Source: Candidatus Latescibacterota bacterium
Lineage (GTDB): Bacteria; Latescibacterota; UBA2968
NCBI GenBank assembly: GCA_965198115.1
Contig: OZ240241.1
Coordinates: 6,592,001 to 6,656,000, forward strand
Length of the DNA stretch: 64,000 nucleotides
Direction: 5' to 3'
The notes under the pieces were generated by a model. That model had not been told where the DNA came from and did not search any database. It saw only the letters and a program-made list of their open reading frames with translations. The first letter of the stretch is position 1. The number at the start of each line of letters is the position of its first letter. Made by a program: the position numbers and the translations under genes. Below are positions 10,024 through 18,337 of this stretch, one piece after another.

Positions 10024-11160
10024 CTAAGTTTTCTGTATTTCGCGAAGCGCTTCCAGCAACCGATCGACATCCTCACTGCCATTATGCACGTGCGTGGATA
10101 CGCGCACTCGACCGAACTCACCCCACACAAGTACACCCCGTTTGGCCAACTCGGCAGTCACCCGTTCTGCGTGTTCTACGAGGAAGCATGTGTTACCCGA
10201 TCGTCGATCCTCCTCATCAGGCGAAATAACGGTCAGACCCATGTCACGCAGCCCCTTATGCACGCTTTCGGCCAACGCTCGGTCGTGCGCCTGGATGCGT
10301 TCCCTCCCCAGACCCAGCAACGTCGCCAGCGACAGATCCAGATGCATGACCACCTGCATGGCGGGATTGCCCGGCTCCATCCGCTCCGGCATGGGCATTT
10401 CGTCCACCTCGGCGTGTCGCTCGCCCGCCTGTTTCGGCCAAACGTCGAGGTTGCGCCAGCCAAAGCACGTCGACGCCACCTGGCCCTCCGCCCGCTCGCT
10501 CAGATACGTCGGTGCGACACCGTGCGTGGCAAGCAACCACTTATATGAGCTGCTCGTCGTCAGGTCCGACAGCTCGGCATCCACCACGATCGCGCCCGCA
10601 GAGTGTGTGGCGTCCACAGCGAAAAGGGACCCATTCGCGCGCGCCGAATCGGACAATCTGGCGAGGTCGTGGCACTGCCCCGTGTAGAAACTCACGTGAC
10701 TGATCGCGAGCACGCGCGTCCGACTGTCCATCGCATCAATCAGCGCCGCTTCATCCACATACCAATCCTGATGACGCACCATCCGGATCTCCACGCCCCG
10801 GGCTTTCAAGTGTCGCCAGGCGTAGGCCACCGAGGGAAACTCGAGATTCGTCGTAACGACGTTGTCACCCTCGCGCCAATCGAGCCCGCGCGCGAACCAA
10901 CCCATGCCCTCCGCTGCGGACGGCATCAGTGCAATACGTTTGCCGGGGACATCCCATAGCTCACCCACGCGATTGCGACAGGTCTCGCCTCGGTCGTAGA
11001 TCGTCGCGCGGCCCGTGTGGCTCTCCCCCTTCAGGCGGGCAAACTCGTCGTAGACCTCTTCCTGCGCCCGCAACCACGGACCTTCTCCGCCTGTACACAG
11101 ATGCGCCACCCCATCGATCCCGACGAAGGCGTCTGGCGACAGCAACGAGTCAATCTTCAT
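10024..11160 (-). CDS. Aminotransferase class V, PLP-dependent
   Basis: LEFPSV, VDATHSAG, SSYKWL (PLP lysine), RVSTHVHN. Confidence 0.9.
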   Translation of the reverse strand: MKIDSLLSPDAFVGIDGVAHLCTGGEGPWLRAQEEVYDEFARLKGESHTGRATIYDRGETCRNRVGELWDVPGKRIALMPSAAEGMGWFARGLDWREGDNVVTTNLEFPSVAYAWRHLKARGVEIRMVRHQDWYVDEAALIDAMDSRTRVLAISHVSFYTGQCHDLARLSDSARANGSLFAVDATHSAGAIVVDAELSDLTTSSSYKWLLATHGVAPTYLSERAEGQVASTCFGWRNLDVWPKQAGERHAEVDEMPMPERMEPGNPAMQVVMHLDLSLATLLGLGRERIQAHDRALAESVHKGLRDMGLTVISPDEEDRRSGNTCFLVEHAERVTAELAKRGVLVWGEFGRVRVSTHVHNGSEDVDRLLEALREIQKT

Positions 11161-11414
11161 ACGAATCGTTTCCCTGAGGTCCGCTATCTTCAGCCTAAGC
11201 AAACCCAAACGCCGGCTGTCGACTCTGAACCACCGAACACTGAACACCGAACACCCCGTACGCGCCAGCGGACGGAACGGCCAATATAGCCGCGGCTCCC
11301 CACCGTCACAAACGCACCGATTTGCTTTGACAGCGCAAGACACGGGTCACACATTTAGCAACGTCACCGGTATCATTCATCAGCCCATCGAAGCACATCG
11401 AACCCAGGTGAAGA

Positions 11415-11522
11415 TCAGCGCGCTGGCGGCGAGGCAATTGCCAGACCGAAGATGTTGATGGCCGAATAGACCTTGTGGCGAAGCAGATATCGGATGGCTA
11501 CGAGGAGCTGATTTCGGAGCAT
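11415..11522 (-). pseudogene. N-terminal stub of a MacB-like ABC permease (35 aa)
   Basis: MLRNQLLVAIRYLLRHKVYSAINIFGLA is nearly identical to the start of 474-992, then the frame ends. Confidence 0.75.
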
Positions 11523-11579
11523 GACGAGGTCCCCTGCTTGAAATGCGCAGCCTGAACAAAGAGATAGATACACTGTCAG

Positions 11580-11594
11580 GCAATGCCTGTGCCA
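11580..11594 (-). promoter_or_regulatory. sigma54 (-24/-12) promoter
   Basis: Minus strand TGGCAC-AGGCA-TTGC, exact consensus, about 58 bp upstream of ATG 11522. Confidence 0.75.
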
Positions 11595-11719
11595 CACCTT
11601 ATTTTGCCCGTTTTCGAGTGATTCCGCGCCTCGGATTGTCCGATTGTGGGACGACACTGTCCGCGAACGGACATTCGCGGACGTCATCTGGCCGATGCAC
11701 GGTTCGCTAGGCAGAAATA

Positions 11720-11760
11720 GGAAAAGGGCGACCGTCTCAGTTATCGACGATCGCCCTTCG
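11720..11760 (-). terminator. Intrinsic terminator of the fli-like operon
   Basis: Minus strand gaagggcgatcgtc..gacggtcgcccttttcc, about 27 bp after stop 11787. Confidence 0.7.
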
Positions 11761-11786
11761 GATGAGGTTTCGAACAGGGTGTGGTT

Positions 11787-12101
11787 TCAGTCCTCCAGGA
11801 CCTCCGTCACGCGCATCCCGAAGATCGACTTTGCCCGCGATGGCCATTGTCTTCCGTGTGTCGTTCCTCCCGGCACGTCGACGACGACCACCTCTCCTCG
11901 GGCGACGAGGGCATCATTCGCACGAAGGTCGGCCGTGTAGTGACCGTCCTGATTCAGTTTCGAGTCGGGGAGTTCGATCAGCGAACCTTCGGAACAGATC
12001 ATGAAGAAGTCGATTGGGAGTCTCCTCCGACCCAACTCGATTCGGACATCCGTAGGAACATCTGATGCCGCACTCTCGGTCTGTTTCGTTTCTTCGGACA
12101 C
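11787..12101 (-). CDS. FliN/FliM-C (SpoA) domain protein, divergent
   Basis: DVRIELGRRRL, GSLIEL, LVARGEVVVV, FGMRVTEVL. Confidence 0.8.
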   Translation of the reverse strand: MSEETKQTESAASDVPTDVRIELGRRRLPIDFFMICSEGSLIELPDSKLNQDGHYTADLRANDALVARGEVVVVDVPGGTTHGRQWPSRAKSIFGMRVTEVLED

Positions 12102-12112
12102 GACTCTTCCTC

Positions 12113-13369
12113 CTACATCAGTGGTTCGCGTTCGCCTCTGACGACCACAATCTTTCCGTTGGCGTCGAGGTCCCGAACGATATAGACGATCTTAATCTGA
12201 ACATCTTCGACATCGCCGACTCGAACCATTCCAAGTCCGGCGGCCGCCGATTCGTAGGCCTTCTGTCTGTCTTCACTGAGATTCTCGACGAATCGACGTG
12301 TGATCCTTTCTTCAGCGCCCCGGAGGGCAAGCGCCAGATCCTCGGGATCGGTCTCATTCAGGACCGCCCTGAGATCGCTGTCGGCAAGGTTGGCGATGTC
12401 GTTAAAAGTGAACATCTGTAGCCGGACCTTTTCGGCCAGATCTGCATCTACGTCGTCGAGCGTTTCCAGGCACGCCTTTTCTGTCGAGCGTCCCGAGTAA
12501 TTCAAAATCTGCGCGAGAACTTCCGGTCCTCCGGTCGACGTGCTGCCCGAAGTCAGTGCGTCTATCTCCTCGGCGAGATTCTCCTCCAGACGCTGCATGA
12601 CTTCAGGAGATACGCGCTCGAGCGTGGCGATTCTACCCGTGACGTCACTTTGGATCTTCTCGGGCAATCCATTCAGAATAGCCGCGGCTTTCAGGCTGTC
12701 GATCTGGGAAAGAATCAGCGCGAGGGTTTGAGGGTGTTCCTTTTGAAATTTGGAGATCAGCTGCTCGTGATCGATATCATTCATGCGTCGGAACACTTCA
12801 CCCGTTGTTCCCTTGATTTCGGCCATCAACGCGAATCGTCGATTGCCACGAGCGCTGTAAAGGAAGCCGTGGACAAAGTCGCCACCCCCTCGTGAGCCGA
12901 CGTTTCCTCCGACGAGACACGCTCTTGCTTCCTCGATGACTTCCACTTTCCGCGTTGCGGGAATCGATTTCACGTCGAGGATGTATGCGGAAACTGCACG
13001 CAGATCATCGTCATCGCAATGCTGAAAGACTCTCCCTGCGAGGAGCGGCCCGAGATGCATTGCGACGATTGCGGCCCGTTCGAGGCCTTCCTGCCCGATC
13101 TCGGTGCCCGTTCGCGTCGCATCCAGGAAATCCTGAAGCAGGCGGGCGACAAGGCTCGGTTGCCGCTCGGCAATCTGCTCGAGCGAGTCGTCAGGGGCGA
13201 TCGTGTCGCTGACGGGCGTCGCCCATTTCGAAGGAACCGCGGCCTCTTCGGGCCGGGAAGCACTTCGTGCCGTTTGACGATCCGGATGAAGATGAAAGTC
13301 CATAGGTGGAGCCTCACCGGATACGTTCAGGACGGGTGGCTGCCAAGTCTGGACAGAGGATTCGGACAT
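12113..13369 (-). CDS. fliG: FliG-like switch protein with N-terminal extension
   Basis: GLERAAIV, EHPQTLALILS, TGGPEVLAQILN and MFTFNDI motifs; gagg RBS before ATG 13369. Confidence 0.88.
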   Translation of the reverse strand: MSESSVQTWQPPVLNVSGEAPPMDFHLHPDRQTARSASRPEEAAVPSKWATPVSDTIAPDDSLEQIAERQPSLVARLLQDFLDATRTGTEIGQEGLERAAIVAMHLGPLLAGRVFQHCDDDDLRAVSAYILDVKSIPATRKVEVIEEARACLVGGNVGSRGGGDFVHGFLYSARGNRRFALMAEIKGTTGEVFRRMNDIDHEQLISKFQKEHPQTLALILSQIDSLKAAAILNGLPEKIQSDVTGRIATLERVSPEVMQRLEENLAEEIDALTSGSTSTGGPEVLAQILNYSGRSTEKACLETLDDVDADLAEKVRLQMFTFNDIANLADSDLRAVLNETDPEDLALALRGAEERITRRFVENLSEDRQKAYESAAAGLGMVRVGDVEDVQIKIVYIVRDLDANGKIVVVRGEREPLM

Positions 13370-13388
13370 GGTGTGCCTCGTCTTGGCG

Positions 13389-13679
13389 TCAGGATTTTGG
13401 AAAACCGTTAACACGAATGGCCAGGTTGTCGCCTACAACGACGACTTCGCCGAAGCAGAAGAGACGACCATTTGCGAGCACTTCGACAGGTGTTCCGGTC
13501 AGCTTGTCGGTCTCGATCAGATCGCCGCTGTTGACGCTCAGGACTTCTTCGATCGTCATGCGTGCCTCTCCGAGCACGACGACCACGTCGAGTTCGGCGC
13601 TGCCAATCCGCCCGAGTCTCGATTCGACATCGGGGAGCCAGTTCGGATCGATCCGTTCTTGGGTGGCTGATTCTGCCAT
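13389..13679 (-). CDS. fliN: FliN-like switch protein
   Basis: LDVVVVLGEARMTIEEVL, PVEVLANGRLFCFGEVVVVGDNLAIRV. Confidence 0.9.
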   Translation of the reverse strand: MAESATQERIDPNWLPDVESRLGRIGSAELDVVVVLGEARMTIEEVLSVNSGDLIETDKLTGTPVEVLANGRLFCFGEVVVVGDNLAIRVNGFPKS

Positions 13680-13699
13680 TGGATTCTCCTGGATGCAGT

Positions 13700-15163
13700 C
13701 TAGTCGTGAAAGTAGCGTGATTTCTCAGAGGGTCTGACTGCCCTCTCCACGCGAACGGCGTGTCGCCCTCTGGGAGAAGCCCCTGCCGTTCCGACGAAGA
13801 GCGGGTCTCCATCGAGATGAACACTCGCCGGCTGGTCTTCGAGGTTGCCGATCGTAAGAATGTCCCCCACACGGGCGTGGTTCAGTGCATCCGCAGTCAT
13901 TCTCGTCCTACCGAGGACCGTTGTCAGGTCGATCTCGGTTCCCTTCAGGGCATCCAATCGATCCTGTCTTTGTTGCGATGACAGTCTCTTTCGATACCCC
14001 CGGCTTGCCCAGTTCTGCACGTTCAGGACCGACTTGGCCGGTTCGAGTGTGAAGTAGGGATAGCAGAGGTTCAGCATACCGGACGACCGGGCGCTGTTGA
14101 TCTCCATCGCTATGAGAACGACCGTGTCTGACGGCGCTGCGATCTGCATGAACTCCGGATTGGTCTCCAATTCGGCATCGGAAACTCTGAATTTGAGGAG
14201 GGGTGCCCACGTGGCCTCGAGGTCGGCGAGGACCTGGGTGATGATCGGATTCATCACGCCCCGCTCGACCGGGGTTGTCGGACGACGTTCGTACGGAAGC
14301 CTCGGCCGGTTACCGCCGAACGCACGTGTCACGAAGTCGTAGACGATGGGCAGGCTGAAATTGAGTATTGCCGGGCCGTGCAGGGGTTCGACCGTGAATG
14401 TGTAGGACACTGTGGGATTGCTGAGGTAGTCGATGAATTCGCCGTAGGTTGTCTGGTCGACGAAGGCGATATCGCAATCGACGATCGACTGCTGTGCTCG
14501 TGAAAAGGTGGAGGCGACCATCCGGGCGAAGTTCGAGTGCAAGTTCTCGAGCGTGCGCATCTGGTCTTTCGATACGCGCGAGGGATGCCTGAAGTCGTAG
14601 GTGAGTGTCAGGCGTCTGCTTTTCTTCCGGTCTTCGTCACGCTTTTGACGGTTCTCCTGTCGTGCCTGGATGGTCTCCAGCGGATCGGGCCCGACAAGCG
14701 CTTTCTCGGGATAGACGAGGCGATCGATGTCCGACTGGCTGACCTGCTCGGGCAGCGTATCCCAATCCTCTTTAGACGTCGCATTCGGTAGGTTCGGCTT
14801 TCGATCGAGCCAACGGGCCCGAATCCGAAGATCGCTCTCTTTCCACGGAGCCAGAAGGAGATCCGTCGCACCCACTCTCAGCAGGTCAATGACATCCTTC
14901 CTCGAACTGGACTGAGAGAGCACGAGGACGTGCGTCCTTCGGTAGGGATGCTTGTTGATGGACCGAATCTCTTCGATCAGGTGACGCCTCGCGTCATCTC
15001 CCTCGAATTCCAGATCGGTAACGAGGACCAGGGGGCCGTTCCACTCGATATCTGTGAGGGCATCGTCGAGCGTTTTCGTCAATTTGCGCCCCAGGTAGGC
15101 CTCAGTCAGGGCCTGGTAAGCCCGTCCTGCTTCGCCATTCGCATTGCCTGCTGTTACGATCAT
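13700..15163 (-). CDS. fliM: FliM with fused N-terminal receiver-like domain
   Basis: YDFRHPSRVSKDQMRTLENLH, VDQTTYGEF, ETNPEFMQIAAP, LNLCYPY; N-terminal about 120 aa resemble a receiver domain. Confidence 0.9.
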   Translation of the reverse strand: MIVTAGNANGEAGRAYQALTEAYLGRKLTKTLDDALTDIEWNGPLVLVTDLEFEGDDARRHLIEEIRSINKHPYRRTHVLVLSQSSSRKDVIDLLRVGATDLLLAPWKESDLRIRARWLDRKPNLPNATSKEDWDTLPEQVSQSDIDRLVYPEKALVGPDPLETIQARQENRQKRDEDRKKSRRLTLTYDFRHPSRVSKDQMRTLENLHSNFARMVASTFSRAQQSIVDCDIAFVDQTTYGEFIDYLSNPTVSYTFTVEPLHGPAILNFSLPIVYDFVTRAFGGNRPRLPYERRPTTPVERGVMNPIITQVLADLEATWAPLLKFRVSDAELETNPEFMQIAAPSDTVVLIAMEINSARSSGMLNLCYPYFTLEPAKSVLNVQNWASRGYRKRLSSQQRQDRLDALKGTEIDLTTVLGRTRMTADALNHARVGDILTIGNLEDQPASVHLDGDPLFVGTAGASPRGRHAVRVERAVRPSEKSRYFHD

Positions 15164-15218
15164 CGTTCAGCTCCGTGTCCAGCTGCGTGGAGTAAGGAAC
15201 TCGGACTGATTCCGCTGC

Positions 15219-15647
15219 TCATCCGGTGCGTTGACCGAGTCCTGGTTCGGTCCAGATGCTGAGCTCGGGTCGCGACCTGATCTGTTCACGAACTCGCCCC
15301 TCCGCTTCGTAGCCGGAGCGTGCCGTGTCCCGATCTCGCATTTCTTCGACCGTCTGTCGAAGTTCGCGAACCTCGCTCGCCAATCCCTTGACGATGAGGG
15401 CCAGGTCTTCAACGCTGGTGCCCGATTCGCGTTTTGGCAATTGCGCTTCGATACGCGACCAGAGATCCCCGGGCGCTTCAACGGCGTCGGCATTCGACGC
15501 GATCTCCCAGGCGGTCATTTGTGATTCGTAGTCCTGACGGCAGCGGTCGCACTCGGCGAGATGGGATTCCACGTCCCGTCGCTGGTCGTGGCCGAGTTCG
15601 TCGTCGATGTAGGCGGTGATGTTCTGTTCGCAGGTGAAGCAGTTCAT
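15219..15647 (-). CDS. zf-HC2 (ZAS) anti-sigma factor, soluble
   Basis: C..ITAYIDDEL..ESHLAECDRC (HxxxCxxC); coiled-coil-like C-terminus, no obvious transmembrane segment. Confidence 0.88.
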   Translation of the reverse strand: MNCFTCEQNITAYIDDELGHDQRRDVESHLAECDRCRQDYESQMTAWEIASNADAVEAPGDLWSRIEAQLPKRESGTSVEDLALIVKGLASEVRELRQTVEEMRDRDTARSGYEAEGRVREQIRSRPELSIWTEPGLGQRTG

Positions 15648-15782
15648 GACATTGTCCGTTGGTTGTGAAGCCGCTCGCCCTTCGATACGGCGATCTGAGC
15701 ACTCCGGAAGGGTGTCGTGATGTCACTTACCAGACGTCTACTCAGGATGAGCGGTCGTTGTCTTACTGAACGATCCATTGAG

Positions 15783-16339
15783 CTACCCATTGAGATAGGT
15801 TGAAAGGGCGTCGCGGACTCTCTTGCGTGCCCTGTGCATTCTCATTTTGACGGCGTCCTCGGTGCATTCGAGGACGTCTGCGATCTGGCGATAGCGAAGA
15901 CCTTCGACCGTTCCGAGGATGAAGACGATTCTGAGTGACTCGGTGAGGTGGTCGATGGCAGATTGCATTCGCCGATTGGTCTCCTTGCGCACGAGCTGCT
16001 CTTCGGGTGTTGGCCCCGGTCGATGGGGACAATCGGGTCGTCCTCGTCGTCGAAGCTCCTCGACTCTGGGCGACCACGTCGTGCTGCTTTGAGACAACGA
16101 TTGACCGCGATTCGATATAGCCACGTCCCGAAGGATGATTCTGCACGAAAACGCTGTATGCCTTTGAACGCATCGATAAAGGCTTCCTGAGTGAGGTCGG
16201 CCGCGTCTTCCGCATTGCCCGTCATATGTCGGCAGAGGGCGAAAATGCGATCGCTGTGTAGATCGTAAACCTGGCGGAAGGCAGAGGGGTCGCCTTGCTG
16301 ACAGGCGGCGATCAATGTGAGTTCGACGTGCGTTTCCAC
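15783..16339 (-). CDS. ECF sigma-70 factor, one frameshift near 16015
   Basis: Region 2 (DAADLTQEAF, FGTWLYRIAVN) in ORF 15842-16339; region 4 (EGLRYRQIADVL, VKMRMHRAR) in ORF 15783-16376. Confidence 0.9.
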
Positions 16340-16644
16340 GCAGTGTGTCTCCGCGGTGGCTGTCGGTTCTGTTCATTTAGAGCCAGTATACGTCTGAAGG
16401 TAACACCGCAATCGGAAAGGCGCATAAAATATTGATTCCTATGAATTTACAGATATAGGAGAGCGTCGGGTCGCGTTGACGCCGGGCAGGGTGGGCCGTA
16501 TATTGGCACCCCGTTGACGGCCTGAGATGATGTAGTTGACAAGGTTCAGTCGTCAGGTAGGCATGCGGGTGCCGGTGCGCACGCATTTGCGAGGACGATT
16601 GCACGGATTCAGGTGTTGGAACCTAGAAGAGATGTGGCGGGCGG

Positions 16645-17583
16645 ATGATTGAGACAGGTGAAGATGGCGGCCTGACAGCAGGAATCGCAGGTGTCGCTAA
16701 CGGGCCGGTTTCCTGGGGTGTGCTCGAGTATCTGGAGCCAGGCCAGGGTCCCAGTCCGAGTCAGTATCTGGACGAATTGGCGGAGACAGGCTACACAGGT
16801 ACCGAACTCGGGGACCTGGGATTCCTTCCGACGGACGGTGAGGTGCTCCGCAGCGAGCTGATGGACCGCGATCTGACGATGGTCGGGTCGTTCGTGGGAC
16901 TCCATTTGGCGAATCCCGACTATGCGCTCGAGGATGAGCGTCGCGCGGTCGAAGTCGCTCGGCTGCTGTCGGCGGCCGGAGGCGAAGATCCGATCCTCAT
17001 CTTAGCGGACGACCCGTGCGTGGATCCCGCACGGACGGACTTCGCTGGCCAGGTCCTGCCAGAAATGGCGATGGCGGAGGCCCAGTGGGAGTATGCGGCG
17101 CAAATGTTGGATTCGATCTCATTGATGGTGTTCGAGGAACTGGGCATGCGGTCTGCGTTCCACGCCCACTGTGCAACCTTTGTCGAAACGCCGGAGGAGT
17201 TGGACATCATGATGGCCTACACCCACCCACACGTCCTGGGTCTCTGTCTGGATACCGCACACTACGCCTTTGGTGGTGGTGACCCGCTCAGACTCGTGGA
17301 GCGGTATCGAGAACGGGTGTGGCACGTGCACTTCAAGGGATACGACCCGGCAGTCGCGGGCGAAGCGAGGGAAAAAGGCTGGGACTATCACGAGTCCATC
17401 GAGCGGGAAGTTTTCTGCGAGCTGGACCGGAGTGCGATCGATTACGCGACCATCCTCGATGGTCTGGATCAGGTCGGATACAACGGATGGGTGACGGTAG
17501 AGCAGGATATCCACCCGGGCATGGGGAACGCCGTGGAGAGCGCGAGGCGGAATCGGGAGTTTCTCAAGGGACTGGGGATATAG
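16645..17583 (+). CDS. iolE: myo-inosose-2 dehydratase-like TIM barrel
   Basis: ANGPVSWG, GYTGTELG, FHAHCAT, CLDTAHY, HVHFK, VEQD; upstream of iolD. Confidence 0.75.
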   Translation: MIETGEDGGLTAGIAGVANGPVSWGVLEYLEPGQGPSPSQYLDELAETGYTGTELGDLGFLPTDGEVLRSELMDRDLTMVGSFVGLHLANPDYALEDERRAVEVARLLSAAGGEDPILILADDPCVDPARTDFAGQVLPEMAMAEAQWEYAAQMLDSISLMVFEELGMRSAFHAHCATFVETPEELDIMMAYTHPHVLGLCLDTAHYAFGGGDPLRLVERYRERVWHVHFKGYDPAVAGEAREKGWDYHESIEREVFCELDRSAIDYATILDGLDQVGYNGWVTVEQDIHPGMGNAVESARRNREFLKGLGI

Positions 17584-17624
17584 ATGGAACCACAGAATGC
17601 ACAGAGCACACTGAGGGAAGACAG

Positions 17625-17942
17625 ATGGCTGCATACGTGATTGCCGATGTCGAGGTGACGGATCCGGAGAAATACGAAGCTTACAAGGATGGGGTTCCGG
17701 CTCTTGTGGAGAAACACGGTGGAGAATACGTCGTTCGGGGTGGGGAGCACGTGGTGCTGGAAGGGGACTGGGAACCTCGACGTCTTGTGCTCATGAAATT
17801 TCCCGATCGCGCGAGCGCTGAGGCGTTCTGGGATGATCAGGACTATCAGCCGTTGAAAGCCGCCCGGCACGCTTCGGCCGACTCAAGACTGGTCCTGGTC
17901 GAAGGGATTCTGACACGGTGCCACAGTTTCTCTACATCCTGA
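17625..17942 (+). CDS. DUF1330 family protein
   Basis: MAAYVIADVEVTDPEKYEAY..HGGEYVVRGG..VLEGDW. Confidence 0.88.
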   Translation: MAAYVIADVEVTDPEKYEAYKDGVPALVEKHGGEYVVRGGEHVVLEGDWEPRRLVLMKFPDRASAEAFWDDQDYQPLKAARHASADSRLVLVEGILTRCHSFSTS

Positions 17943-18238
17943 CGCCGACGCGGGCAGAGATGCTGACCGAGGGTCCGACCGAAGACGAGCAGCGGATCAC
18001 GGGAGAACACTTTCGATATCTCCAGAATCTGTGTCGGAATGGGGTTGTGCATCTGGCGGGGCGGACACTGGAGACGGGTGCGGATACGATCGGGCTCGTG
18101 ATCTTCCAGGCGGAATCGGAGGAGACAGCACGGGAGCTGATGGAGAACGATCCGGCGGTACGGAACGATGTAATGAGGGCCGAGGTCTTTCCCTACAGCA
18201 TTGCGCTCGCGAACGTGCAGGCGACAGGGATCGAGTAG
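17918..18238 (+). CDS. YciI-related protein
   Basis: EHFRYL, HLAGRT, LMENDPAV. Confidence 0.8.
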   Translation: MPQFLYILTPTRAEMLTEGPTEDEQRITGEHFRYLQNLCRNGVVHLAGRTLETGADTIGLVIFQAESEETARELMENDPAVRNDVMRAEVFPYSIALANVQATGIE

Positions 18239-18337
18239 AAAAGAGCGCCACTGAGATTACTGAGGACACTGAGCGAAAGAGAGTCGGGGAACGACAAGAA
18301 CTCTGAGAAAAACCGACACGGAGATAGAGGTGAGATC

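Noticed and set aside
11787-15163. Evidence that the organism is motile, or a type III secretion sorting platform
   Set aside because: No stator, MS-ring, export or ATPase genes here and FliG charges are degenerate; this window alone cannot settle it.
16503-16518. TGGCACCCCGTTGAC as a sigma54 promoter
   Set aside because: Spacing is one base short and the -12 GC is missing.
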